64,000 bases of DNA from the NCBI GenBank assembly GCA_002269645.1, contig NIVC01001795.1:62001-126000 (forward strand). Reading direction: 5' to 3'. Shown here piece by piece: positions 22,652 through 35,421 of this stretch (position 1 is its first letter; every line of letters begins with the position of its first letter). Both the position numbers and the translations under genes were made by a program. Source of the stretch: Macrostomum lignano (lineage: Eukaryota). The notes under the pieces are model-generated. The model had not been told where the DNA came from. It was given only the letters and a program-made list of their open reading frames with translations, and did no database searches.

Positions 22652-23052
22652 CTAGCAGATTCGCTGCTGCCCTTGGAAGGAGTTCAGCCGCTGCTGCTGC
22701 GGCTGCTGCTGCCGAGTCAGCGTCTGGCGGCTCAGCGTGCCACCGCCGTGGAACTCAACGACTCCGTGCGGCGGCAGCGGGGGTGGCAGAAAACTCTGCT
22801 GCTGCTGTGGACAATCAGCTTCGCCACCAGCACAGGAGGAATTCTCCTCCTCGGGGATGCCGGCGCAGTGGCAGGCAGCCGCCGACAAGGAGCTGCTGCC
22901 AGCGGACGCTGCCGAGGTCGCAGACGCCGAGGAAGCTGCCGGGAGGACGCCGCCTCCGTTGGAGAAGCTGCTTGCCGCGTGCAGGTGGTGATGATGATGG
23001 TGTAAATGGTGATGCAGCTGGCTGCTGGTGCGGAGCCCTCCCAGCAGGTGGC
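22652..23052 (-). CDS. Protocadherin exon 5 (cytoplasmic tail, His/Gln/Ala-rich)
   Basis: Acceptor TTTTGACAG|GC in phase 1 matches the exon 4 donor; the frame runs to the stop at 22652. Confidence 0.7.
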
Positions 23053-23061
23053 CTGTCAAAA

Positions 23062-23119
<58 letters not shown>

Positions 23120-23299
23120 GTTGGTTGATTGACTGACTGACTGACTGACTGACTGACTGACTGACTGACTGACTGACTGACTGACTGACTGACTGACTGA
23201 CTGACTGACTGACTGACTGACTGACTGACTGACTGACTGACTGACTGACTGACTGACTGACTGACTGACTGACTGACTGACTGACTGACTGGCACTCAC
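23053..23299 (-). repeat. 247-nt intron made almost entirely of (CAGT) about x40 plus (CAAT/CAAC)n
   Basis: Bounded by GTGAGT and GACAG; the interior is tetranucleotide repeat. Confidence 0.8.
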
Positions 23300-23546
23300 T
23301 TCCGTGATCGTCTTCGCTGCCGCCTCGACCGGAGTCTGCGCTGTCCCCGTCCAAGTCCTGCTGGTTGATGACCACCTGTGGGATGGTGGAGGTGACGGAT
23401 AACTGAGAAAACTGGTGCGGTGCTGTTGGAAATGTGTGGAGGCGAGGATACGCCAAGCCGTCTCCTGCTGGGCTCGCATGTTGTCCGGAAAGGATTCGGC
23501 CCGGCAAGTGCAGAGGCTGGGACTTTTCGCCCACTTCTAAGGAGAT
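23300..23546 (-). CDS. Protocadherin exon 4 (contains DSADSGRGGSEDD)
   Basis: Acceptor TGCCAG|ATC in phase 0, donor GGAA|GTGAGT in phase 1; DSGRG resembles the delta-protocadherin CM1-type motif. Confidence 0.7.
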
Positions 23547-24020
23547 CTGGCACACTTTCATGATGAAGAGGGGATCAGAGATATAAATCCCACAGTAATT
23601 CTAGGAGATTGTGCAGGATTAAGGTCACACCCCCAGGTGATGTCCCTGCGCGGGAAGACCGCTCTCCGTTCATTATTCTACGGAATCAGTCAGTCGTCGA
23701 AAGGTCGAAAGTTGCTTCCCAGTAAAGCTTCCTTTACCTGCACTGTGTCACACCTCCCTGTTTCCCAGCCTTTGGATTGATGCATTGCCTCGCGCTGCTA
23801 CAAATCCTGCTCCTATTGGACTTTTGGGTTCTGCATCGACTACTAATTAAAGTCGCAACTAATTAGCATCCCAAACGTGCAGCTCCTCCTGTTGCTACCT
23901 TGTTCCGGATAACGACGCTTGCCTAAGTCCCGTTCATTGAGCTGTAAACTTCTAGACTGGCACTTCTCGTCAATGTCACAGATATGTGAAGCTCTTTGAC
24001 CTCTTAACGAGCTAGTCACG

Positions 24021-24404
24021 AACTTGTCTACCGAACGAACTTGTCTACCGAATGAACTTGTCTACCGAATGAACTTGTCTACCGAACGAACTTGTCTACC
24101 GAATGAACTTGTCTACCGAATGAACTTGTCTACCGAACGAACTCGTCTACCGGAACTTGTCTACCGAACGAACTTGTCTACCGAACGAACTTGTCTACCG
24201 AATGAACTTGTCTACCGAATGAATTTGTCTACCGAACGAACTTGTCTACCGAACGAACTTGTCTACCGAATGAACTTGTCTACCGAACGAACTTGTCTAC
24301 CGAATGAACTTGTCTACCGGAACTTGTCTACCGAATGAACTTGTCTACCGAACGAACTTGTCTACCGAAAGAACTTGTCTACCGAATGAACTTGTCTACC
24401 GAAT
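24021..24404. repeat. 17-bp minisatellite (AACTTGTCTACCGAA[C/T]G) in protocadherin intron 3
   Basis: Direct periodicity. Confidence 0.95.
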
Positions 24405-24485
24405 TTATGAGCCATTTTCTCACGGTTTCAACAAAGAATTTTCTGCCTCGGTGAATCGAGTTTCGGGAAGCGCCCCAATGCTCAC

Positions 24486-25565
24486 TTCATTCCTCAGCTG
24501 CTGGTCCATCATTGGTGGCATGGACGGCATCGGAGGTGGCGCGGCCGGCCGCAGGTCATAAGTGCTGTCGTTGTGATTGAAGGTGGTCATTGCAAAGTGC
24601 TGATGCTGCAGCTGTTGCTGCTGCTGCTGCTGCTGTTGCAGCCGCTGACCAAAGCCCGCGGTGCCGGAGTCGCTGAACTTCGCTGTCCCGCCGCACAGGT
24701 GGCTGTACATGTGATGATCCGTTGACACCGGGCCGATGTCCATGTCCGGCAGGGAGCACTGGCACTGGCACGCCTCCTTGTCGAACTCCTCGGCCAGGAA
24801 GCCGCCGCGCTCGTCACCCATGTCGCCGAGACCTCCGTCGTCGTGGCCGCTGATGCCGGAGTCGCCCGAGCTGCCGCGTCGACGGACGCAGACGATGGCG
24901 AAGACCAGACCGACGCTGATAACAGCCGTGGCGATCACCATGGAAACGATAATTGTGAGATTCAGCTGAGCGTCCTTCAGGTGCCCAGCGGCTCTGCTAG
25001 GCTGGATCACGTTGACGATCAGCGTGGTGTGGACGGCATGGTTGTACTGCACGTTGTCGTCGGCTCTGATTGACAGCTCATGCAGGCCGGGCACCAGGGC
25101 TCGGAGCGCTCGCACCTGCCCGGTGATGCGGTCCACCGAGAAGTACTGCGAGCCACCCACCAAGGTGTAGGTGATGTTGCTCAGTCGGTCTCGGTCCCGA
25201 GCTTCCACGGAGGTCACGGGCTCGTTCAGGCTGTGAGCAGAGGAGATGTTGACAAACTGTCCCCGCTCGGCCGGGAAGAACCACTCGGGCGGGTTGTCGT
25301 TGACGTCGATGAGTTCGACGGAGATTCTGGCGGTGGAGTTGAGCTGCGGCCGGGCCAGCTTGTTGTAGGCCAGCACGGTGAGGGTGTACAGCTCGAAGGT
25401 CTCACGGTCGAGCTTGCCAGTGCTCAAGATGGCGCCCTTCTCGGACACGTTGAAGTGCCACTGCTCGGGCTTGTCGAAAACCACCAGAGGAGGCGAGTCG
25501 GGACCGCCTTGGGTCGGCCTGGCCTCCAGCCGCAGCAGGCGGTAGAACACCTGGCCGTTGACGCC
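24486..25565 (-). CDS. Protocadherin exon 3 (end of EC6, EC7, TM, polyQ cytoplasmic segment)
   Basis: Acceptor TCTCCAG|GGC joins DKDQ|GVNGQVFY; LDRE...DVNDNPP; TM LTIIVSMVIATAVISVGLVFAIVCV followed by RRR; donor GAA|GTGAGC. Read-through would instead stop at 24420. Confidence 0.88.
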
Positions 25566-25627
25566 CTGGAGATTGGTTGGGGTGCTTGAGGTGATTGAAA
25601 CCTGCTCATTATCCTGGCCCTGCTGAG

Positions 25628-26134
25628 CTGACCCTCAGTGCGCACATTCACTCTGTACCTGAGGCTCCAGACTGACCCTCAGTGCACACATTCACTCTGT
25701 ACCTGAGGCTCCAGACTGACCCTCAGTGTGCACATTCACTCTGTACCTGAGGCTCCAGACTGACCCTCAGTGCACACATTCACTCTGTACCTGAGGCTCC
25801 AGACTGACCCTCAGTGTGCACATTCACTCTGTACCTGAGGCTCCAGACTGACCCTCAGTGTGCACACTCACTCTGTACCTGAGGCTCCAGACTGACCCTC
25901 AGTGTGCACACTCACTCTGTACCTGAGGCTCCAGACTGACCCTCAGTGCGCACACTCACTCTGTACCTGAGGCTCGAGGCTGACCCTCAGTGTGCACACT
26001 CACTCTGTACCTGAGGCTCCAGACTGACCCTCAGTGTGCACATTCACTCTGTACCTGAGGCTCCAGACTGACCCTCAGTGCGCACACTCACTCTGTACCT
26101 GAGGCTCGAGGCTGACCCTCAGTGTGCACACTCA
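25628..26134. repeat. 44-bp minisatellite, about 11.5 copies (protocadherin intron 2)
   Basis: CTGACCCTC recurs at 25628, 25672 and onward. Confidence 0.95.
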
Positions 26135-27241
26135 CCCTAGCGCACTTTAAGCGACATTGTCCCACAACCGGTGAGAGGCATTGCTGCCCATTCCGCCGAC
26201 TCCCTGAGCAGGCACACAAGCGCGCGGATACGTACGCAGTCATACGCACAGGCACACTCGCACAGGAGTGTACAGCGGCCCGAAATTGATTCATCTTTAG
26301 GGATGTACACTTCACTGTGCCTTGGGGGTTGGCCCTCAAGGGCGTCAACTGCACGACCAGAGCCAAGCCGAGATTCCAATTTAGTCAAAAATTAAATTTT
26401 ATTGCACTTGGTGTCGAGCCTGGGCCGCTGGCACGTCAGAACGCCGCGCTGGACCTCTGGGCTACGTTCCCTTCACAGTCTATGTTAGAAACCGAATTAA
26501 ATCGAGCCTGGGACCTGATGGGAGTCTGCAGACTGTGTTTCTTCTTGAGGCAGGCTTGCCTGGCAGAGAGACTGCACAGCACAGTGAGCTGCTTTTCAAT
26601 GCCTTTTGGATTATGAAATGGACGGCCGCATTGCATGCCTGAGGACAGCATTAATTTGTTTTACTTAATAAAAAATCAAATCAGCTCTTTGTTCTTGGCA
26701 CGCCACGCACAGCATCCACATTGAGATGAAGAAGGCCGACTCACTCAAGTATCAGCTTTCTTTGTCAGAGATGAGGGACTCCGGTGAAACTGACTTGGGA
26801 GATTAAATATGAAAGAAGCAGATGGCTGCACGCAATGACGAGGAGCTGGGATGCCATGATCCCAGGATCGGTTGGATAGTTAGTACGCTTGGCTGATTCA
26901 GTGCAAAGGGAATTAAGAGCTATCTGTATGACATGCTCTGCCCAGACTAATGCAGTACTTACTCTGCCAACGCCCTTGCATGTCTGAGTTCTCCACTGAT
27001 GAAGGATTTCCAAGTTTATTTACAAAACACATGCACAAAGTACAGCGTAGCAACAGTAAGATAATTAATTGGTTAATAGTTAATCATATAGTTATGCATA
27101 ATATCATGACATTTACATGTCGTGAACATGATTAATAACTGCCTAATTACTAAATTTAGCATTACATGTACTAACTGTCTTTGCTGTCTACTAAATTACC
27201 AGTAGATCCGTGCAGTGAAGACACCAACAGTAGTTCAGCAA

Positions 27242-28227
27242 GACTGGCCATAGACTATAGCTGCTAGGATTGGCGATAGACTATCGCTGCTAGGACTGGC
27301 CATAGACTGTCGCTGCTAGGACTGGCCATAGACTATCGCTGCTAGGACTGGTCAGAGACTATAGCTGCTAGGACTGGCCATAGACTGTCGCTGCTAGGAC
27401 TGGCCATAGACTATAGCTACTAGGACTGGCCATAGACTGCTGCCAGGACTGGCCATAGACTATACCTGCCAGGACTGGCCATAGACTATCGCTGCCATGA
27501 CTGGTCATAGACTATAAGCTGCTAGGACTGGCCATAGACTATCGCTGCTAGGACTGGCCATAGACTATAGCTGCTAGGACTGGCCATAGACTGTCGCTGC
27601 TAGGACTGGCCATAGACTATCGCTGCTAGGACTGGCCATAGACTATAGCTGCTAGGACTGGCCATAGACTATCGCTGCCAGGACTGGTCATAGACTATAG
27701 CTGCCAGGACTGGCCATAGACTATAGCTACTAGGACTGGCCATAGACTGCTGCGCTGCCAGAGACTAGGACTGGCCATAGACTATACTACTAGGACTGGC
27801 CATAGACTATAGCTGCGACTGGCTAGGACTGGCTGGCATAGACTATCGCTGCCATGACTGGCCATAGACTATAGCTGCCAGGACTGGCCATAGACTATAG
27901 CTACTAGGACTGGCCATAGACTATCGCTGTCTGGCCAGAGACTATAGGACTGCCATAGGGACTGGCCATAGACTGCTGCCAGGACTGCCATAGACTATAG
28001 CTACTAGGACTGGCATAGACTGTCGCTGCCATAGGACTGGTAGACTAGAGACTGGCCATAGACTATAGCTAGGACTGGCCATAGACTGTCGCTGCTAGGA
28101 CTGGCCATAGACTATCGCTGCTAGGACTGGTCAGAGACTATAGCTGCTAGGACTGGCCATAGACTGTCGCTGCTAGGACTGGCCATAGACTATCGCTGCC
28201 AGGACTGGCCATAGACTATCGCTGCCA
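27242..28227. repeat. 26-bp minisatellite (GGACTGGCCATAGACTAT[C/A]GCTGCTA), degenerate in the centre
   Basis: Period 26 at both ends; scrambled units at about 27740-28070. Confidence 0.93.
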
Positions 28228-28447
28228 TTTCAGCGCTCTGCTATGCAAAGCCTTTCCAGGTGTACAAAGACGGCGGTAAAAATTGCACTGTGCATGGTTA
28301 AGGTAATCATGCGGTCAGCGCGGCTGGCCATGCTCAGCAGGAAAGACTCTGCAGAACTTAGACTTGGCCCACCCATAGACTAGAAGATATCTGTGGCTAA
28401 GGGTTTTCAGGAAAGCACTGTTCGGAAAACCAGAGAAAAGCACCTAC

Positions 28448-29647
28448 CTGGTCCTTGTCCAGACTCGCCAGCTGCTGCGCCTCCCCCGGCCAGCCCAGCG
28501 CGATGCTGCCGGGCCTCGAGTCCTCCCGCAGTCGGAAGACCAGCGGCGGCAGGATCTCCGGCCGGTTGTCGTTGACGTCCATGATGCTGATGGTGAGGCT
28601 AACGCTAGCCGAGTGCTGAACCCCGCTGGCATCGGCGGTGTCCACCAGCCGGACGCCGAACTTCAGCAGGCCGCCGCCGGCCTCCGGCATGGTGTCCCTG
28701 TCGATGGGGCTGCGGATGCGCAGCTCGGCACGCGCCTCCGTCAGGCCGCGGCTCTCCGAGTAGCTCGAGGCCGCGTTGGCCACCTCGAAGAAGGCCGCGT
28801 CCGGACTGTCGTCCAGGCTGAAGGTCATGACGTCGTTGCGGTCGCGGTCCTCGGCGACCAGTGCGAGAACCGTCCGGCCGAGGTTGTCCGGCAGGCTGGA
28901 GTCGCCCGGCGTCTCCTCCACGGAGGTGCGCGTCGGCATGACGTCATCGAATCGCGGCTGAAACTCGTTGACGTTGCGGAAGCGCACCAGCACGCTCTTC
29001 GTGGAGTTCTTCGGTGGCCGGCCGAAGTCCTGGCAGTTGATGCGGACGGACTCGGCTGGCGAGTTCTCGTAGTCGAAGGCGGTGCGCAGGTGCAGCATGT
29101 ACTGGCCTTTGCCGATGCCCTCCAGTTGGAAGCCCTTCCGGTCGTGGCTGGCCAGTTGGCACTCAACGCGCGCGTTATCGCCGAGGTCGTCGTCTTTGGC
29201 CTCGATGAGGGCCAGGATGGCCGAGGGCTTGTTCTCGGCCACCAGGATATCATTAGACTGCTGCGGCTGCTGGCCGACGTCTGTTGCGGACATTGGCGAC
29301 ACCTCGATGCTCGGCGCATGGTCGTTGATGTCAGAAACCTGCACGGTGAATTTGGCGGGCGTCTGGCGCCGCGGACTGCCGTTGTCCGACACCATCAGCT
29401 GCACCTCGTAGACAGCCTGCTTCTTAGCGTTCAGCGGCTTCTTCAGCGTCACCCTGCCGGCCCGGTCGATGTCGAAGACGCGGGCGAGCTCCGGGTCGGT
29501 GATGCTGAAGTCCAGCTCGGCGTTTCGTCCGCTGTCCCTGTCGTGGGCCTCGATGGTGGCCACGAGGCCGCCGATGGCCAGGTTCTCCGACACCTCGCGC
29601 ACCGAGATGCGGGTCACGTTTGGCGAGTTGTCGTTCCTGTCCTTCAC
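28448..29647 (-). CDS. Protocadherin exon 2 (EC3-EC5, start of EC6)
   Basis: 1200 nt, phase 0/0; joins LLIVQ|VKDRNDNSP; DINDHAP, NVNEFQP and DVNDNRP calcium linkers; donor CAG|GTAGGT. Confidence 0.9.
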
Positions 29648-29811
29648 CTTGACGGGGATGGCAGGTACATCGCTTGTGATTGGCTCAAGCTCCAACAAGT
29701 ACATCCCTATCCCTTCGTCGCTTCTGATTGGCTCAAGCTCCAACACATACATCCCTTAGCCCTTCCTCGCTTCTGATTGGCTTCGTCAAAAAAATGTGAC
29801 ATAAAGCTCAC

Positions 29812-30492
29812 CTGCACAATGAGCAGCTGGCTGCTGCACCTCTGCTCCATGCCGCCATCGCACGCGGTGAGTGTCAGGTTGTACTGCCGCTCCGCCTCAT
29901 AGTCGATGTTTGGCTGGCCGTTCAGAGTCAAGCTGAGGAACCCCGGGTCCGTCTGCGCCAGGGCGAAGATGCCACCCGCGTCCTCCTGCAGGTAGTACTT
30001 GCCCCGGACGGCCATGCCGTTGTCGCCGATGTCCGCATCGGTGGCCAAGTCCAGCGGGTGCCGGAAATTTCTGTCGCCCTCCTCGATAGACAGAATCTTA
30101 TGCGGCTCCTTGAACACCGGCGAGTTGTCGTTGATGTCATCGATGGTGACGCGGACGAGAATCCGCGAGGAGGCGCCCCGGAAGGCGTTGAACTCGATGA
30201 CGCATGGCGTGGACTCTGAGGCGCCCGGACAGGCCACCGGGTCCTCGCGGTCGATCCTGGCGCCGATGCGGACATTGCCGTCAGCGTCGATGTCGAAGTA
30301 GGCGGACTTCGGCACGATGCTGAAGGCGGGCACCGGGCCCGAGCCGGCCAGGCTCTTCCAGATGTTGCCCACGGTGGCTCGCAGGTTGCTCTCCTCGTTG
30401 ATGCGGTAGGAGACCTCCGCTGAGTCGGCCGGTCGGGCGCCCAGCAGCAGCAGCGGCAGAAGAGCGAGCAGGGGCCTAAGCCCTGGCGCCAT
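29812..30492 (-). CDS. Protocadherin coding exon 1 (signal peptide, EC1-EC2)
   Basis: GCCATGG start context, MAPGLRPLLALLPLLLLGA signal, IDRE..C..C loop of protocadherin EC1, DINDNSP; donor CAG|GTGAGC; candidate UTR acceptor TTGTATTGCAG| at 30527/30526. Confidence 0.92.
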
Positions 30493-31500
30493 GGCAACAA
30501 CCAGTCTGAACGTTTTAAGTCGCTTCTGCAATACAAGTTGCGATTCGAGGTTGGCTCAGGTGTGGACAAAAAACACGCAGCGATAAAATCTGCACCAGAG
30601 CGGTCAGTCGATCAGAAACGACCTCAAAGACGGACAGGGAGAGGCGGGGGGCTCTGGGGGGATGCTGGAGTGGCGCTCCATCAGTTGGTAGCAGCCGGGA
30701 ATTCCCGTCCTTCTGGCTACACAGAGGTCCCGCCCCCTCTTAATTCTTGATAAAAATCAATGCACACGCAGACCCCCGTGGCTGCGGGGTCCCCGGCTGT
30801 TCATTCGGGGAAGTGGGGAGTGGGGAACATTTTAATCTCTGGGCGAGACTGTCGGGCCGCATTGGACCGGGGCTCGAGACAATGGAAGCCTTTTATTCGC
30901 ATTCTAGATTGGATTTCAGTGCGCCTCGTCTGAATAAAACTGTAAATCCAGCCCCGCATTCACGATTCCCCCGGTCTCTGTCCAAGGGAAGTTTCCCAGC
31001 TCTCCGCTTAGCAACTAAGGGGAACAAACCGAAGCTCGGGAGAGCGCAGGAGAAGCGTCAGACGATTTGCTGTCAACTTTGGCGCCCCAATCAAATTGAT
31101 TGTGACAGCGGGACGGCTGCGGGCTGCGGAATCGCCCCGGATCCCCTCGGGTTGGAGCCCCCGACCTCAGTGCCGCCACGCCCCCCGCCCGTCTGTCTCC
31201 GAAGGCGGCCCCCAGGGGCTGTGCGGTGGCTCTTCCTGAGACGCAACAAAAGATGAGAAAAAATAAGAGAAGGAGAGGGGAGAGATGGAGGCTGGGAGAT
31301 GAAGAAAGAATGAAGAAATTATGGAAAACTCTGAGGCGACCCCGGGGCTTGGCCTGCAGTGACAGACTGCAGTTTATTGGGGTCTGCAGTTTTTTCTCGC
31401 ATTGCGTGACCGGCTTCTCTCGTATGCACCAGATATTTCTGAGGCTGAGAATATGAATATTCGCCTGGGCTCAGCATTGGAATGGGGACTGCTGATTGTG

Positions 31501-31696
<196 letters not shown>

Positions 31697-33071
31697 CAGG
31701 TGTCACTACAATTCCCATTGCTGCCCAGATCAAACGATCCGTCACCAAACGCTACATTTGCTGTGATTCATACCCTGGTCCAGTCTTTGTGCGAGAAATC
31801 TTTGTCCAGTAAATTTTTATCAAGGCCCAAACAGTCCAGATTGTTATTCACAAAGGCTTGGGTACAATTTATCTATTTAGCGGCCCGGAGCTCACGGGGA
31901 TATCGGATTAAATTAAGAACTTATTGTTAGAGAGATCGAGACGCGAGGCAGACGGTGCCGCTCCAGAGCATTCAGTGATTACGTCATCAACGGTCGGGAA
32001 ACGCAAAAAATGAGCCGTCAGCAAGAGAAATGAGTTGATAAATAATTGTGAGAGCTCATGCCCGCTGCGAGATGAGCAACCACTTGACTGCGTTGATGGG
32101 GGACCCCCTCTTGACCCTCCAGTGTCGTCCGGTCTTCATCAATGGCCCCAGGGGCTGACATCGCGTGTCGGACAATAACCCGGCAGACCTTCAGACTGGC
32201 AGTTTCTGCATTTCTTTTTATTTTAACAGAGGGCGGACGAAGCAGACGAGAAAGGCGGTGGGAAGTTCGAATCCGGCTTTGGAATTAAAATTGATCAGAG
32301 AATTTTACCGAAGAGAATTAACCAGGCGCTGCCGGAGCCTCGGGGATCGTAAAAAAATGAGGAGAGGTTGCAGCAGGGGATAATTGGAGTTAAGCTAGGA
32401 TTCTGATCCTCAAAAAGCATCCCTGCTTGGCGTTATTACCGCAGCCAGAGGATCACGGGGCCCGGGGATTCTTGAGTTTCTCATTCTTTCAGTGTGCAGC
32501 GATCGCCAGGACCTGGGGAAATGCCCAAGATCCACTTCAGCGAAGAGCCCTGGGTGCCGCACGTGCCGCCCCTCTCTCTCCTGCAGCAGGGGTCTTTTAC
32601 TCGAATTTCTCCCCGATTTCCGCCAATTTTGTTTCAAAAAAAATATAGACCACTTTTTCCCCACGGATCGGGATCTGCACGATTGTGAGGAGGGCATCCG
32701 CTGCCAGCATCCCCTGAGCTACCCAGTGTAATTACTGGGGAAGCCCCAAAAGCCCCAGAACTGCATGCGGCATTGTTATTTAGCTTATTGTTCCGCAATT
32801 CTGCTTTTGTTTCTTTCAGTTTTCTGTTCTCCTCACCTGCGCACCATCGTCCCCTCTGACAGCTGGGAAGCCTTCAAAATGAGTTGGCGGGACTTAGCGG
32901 GTGAGAAATTGATAATTGGGTTTGAATAATTTAGTGATTGGCTTCTGTATGGACTGAAGAAATTGTCACTTCTGCTTTGGCAGTTTTTGCCTGTTTTGCC
33001 TGAGCCTGTGGACTCTGGGGAATTGCTTTGGTGCTAATTGCTGATGGGGCGCTGGATGATTCTGTGCTTTT

Positions 33072-33717
33072 GTGGGAGAGGGTGCAGATAGGGGAGGCAG
33101 AGGGTGAAGACAAGGGGTGAGAGGATGCAGATAGGAGGGAGAGGCTGTAGATAGGAGGGAGAGGATGCAGATAGGGGGGAGAGGGTGCAGATATGGGGGA
33201 GAGGGTGTAGATAAGGGGGAGAGGGTGTAGATAAGGGGGAGAGGGTGTAGATAAGGGGGAGAGGGTGTAGATAAGGGGGAGAGGGTGTAGATAAGGGGGA
33301 GAGGGTGTAGATAGGGGGAAGAGGGTGTAGATAAGGGGGAGAGGGTGTAGATAAGGGGGAGAGGGTGTAGATAAGGGGGAGAGGGTGTAGATAAGGGGGA
33401 GAGGGTGTAGATAAGGGGGAGAGGGTGTAGATAAGAGGGGGAGAGGGTGCAGATAAGGGGGAGAGGGTGGGGGGGAGAGGGTGTAGATAAGGGGGAGAGG
33501 GTGTAGATAAGGGGGAGAGGGTGTAGATAAGGGGGAGAGGGTGTAGATAAGGGGGAGAGGGTGTAGATAAGGGGGAGAGGGTGCAGATATGGGGGAGAGG
33601 GTGTAGATAAGGGGGAGAGGGTGTAGATAAGGGGGAGAGGGTGCAGATATGGGGGAGAGGGTGTAGATAAGGGGGAGAGGGTGTAGATAAGGGGGAGAGG
33701 ATGCAGATAGGGGGGAA
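33072..33717. repeat. 20-bp G-rich minisatellite (GGTGTAGATAAGGGGGAGAG)
   Basis: Direct periodicity. Confidence 0.95.
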
Positions 33718-34078
33718 GTATGCAAGATCGGGAGAAAGCTGCAGCAAGCGAGTGCTGGAGGGACACAGGAGCAGAGGAGAGCAGAGGACAGCAGGGGTGT
33801 CGCGAGTGCACTGAGGAGGTGACTGACCCTCAATTAAAGCTGCAAATTTCGCATGAACCGTTGAACGCCCTGAACTGAAGCCTTTAATTGAAGACTTTGC
33901 GATTTTAAGCATCTCAAAGCAAACAGCTTCGCTGCAAATCTTTACTTGAGACAGTTTTCATTGTTGGAGAGGTTTTTTGAAGAATTTTTCAAAAGCCTCT
34001 AGGTGAGAGCAAAAGCGCAGCTTTGAGTTTGAGGTGACGGGAACTGTGACTAAAGTACAAGCAGATACATTTAGAGCC

Positions 34079-34963
34079 CTAACTCGGCAGACAGACCCCT
34101 AACTCGGCAGACAGACCCCTAACTCGGCAGACAGACCCCTAACTCGGCAGACAGACCATCTAACTCGGCAGACAGACCATCTAAGTCGGCAGACAGACCA
34201 TCTAACTCGGCAGACAGACCATCTAACTCGGGAGACAGACCATCTAACTCGGCAGACAGACCATCTAACTCGGCAGACAGACCATCTAACTCGGCAGACA
34301 GACCATCTAACTCGGCAGACAGACCATCTAAGTCGGCAGACAGATCATCTAAGTCGGCAGACAGACCTTATAACTCGGCAGACAGACCATCTAACTCGGC
34401 AGACAGACCATCTAACTCGGCAGACAGATCATCTAACTCGGCAGACAGACCATCTAACTCGGCAGACAGACCATCTAACTCGGCAGACAGACCATCTAAC
34501 TCGGCAGACAGACCATCTAAGTCGGCAGACAGACCATCTAAGTCGGCAGACAGACCATCTAAGTCGGCAGACAGACCATCTAAGTCGGCAGACAGATCAT
34601 CTAAGTCGGCAGACAGACCTTATAACTCGGCAGACAGACCATCTAACTCGGCAGACAGACCATCTAACTCGGCAGACAGACCATCTAACTCGGCAGACAG
34701 ACCATCTAACTCGGCAGACAGACCATCTAAGTCGGCAGACAGACCATCTAACTCGGCAGACAGACCATCTAACTCGGCAGACAGACCATCTAACTCGGCA
34801 GACAGACCATCTAACTCGGCAGACAGACCATCTAAGTCGGCAGACAGACCAACTAACTCGGCAGACAGACCATCTAACTCGGCAGACAGACCATCTAACT
34901 CGGCAGACAGACCATCTAACTCGGCAGACAGACCATCTAACTCGGCAGACAGACCATCTAACT
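34079..34963. repeat. 21-bp minisatellite (CTAACTCGGCAGACAGACCAT), about 42 copies
   Basis: Direct periodicity. Confidence 0.96.
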
Positions 34964-35421
34964 CCTAGCCTCATCTAACAAGTCTTCAAAAGCGTGTCTC
35001 TAAGGCCCAGAAACAGACTTCCCTTTCAAGGCCCGCAAGCTTAAGCCTCCACTATACGGGTATCATTGCCTTTTACCGCACAGCCAGTTTAGCCCCAGGG
35101 CACCCGGAGAGCAGAAACTGAAGCTGCTCAAACTCAAGCGGCTTGAGGAGGAGCGCTTCCGTGGGCAGGGTGTTTGCTGACACAACAGAGGGAGACAGAA
35201 AAATTCTCAGTTGTTGCAGCTTCAGGCTGATCCGTTGGCAGCCATTCAGCAGCACGATTTCTGCCCCTGACGTCTGTTTGAACAGGCGCCGCTGACTGTT
35301 TTGAAGATGATGCTCTGCGTGCGCACGAGTGATGCTGGGACCGGGGTGATGAGGCACAGCTTAGAAACTCGTTTTAAACATGCTCTCATGGATGACAGTA
35401 GGGTTGCGAATGAGGTATAAA

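Noticed and set aside
28613-29776. 387-aa plus-strand ORF and other antisense ORFs (25080..25589, 15250..15900, 17461..18072)
   Set aside because: Shadow ORFs of GC3-rich coding strands.
35073-35400. Coding-looking fragments (EQKLKLLKLKRLEEERF, QADPLAAIQQHDF)
   Set aside because: Interrupted by stops, with no consistent splice model or recognisable family.
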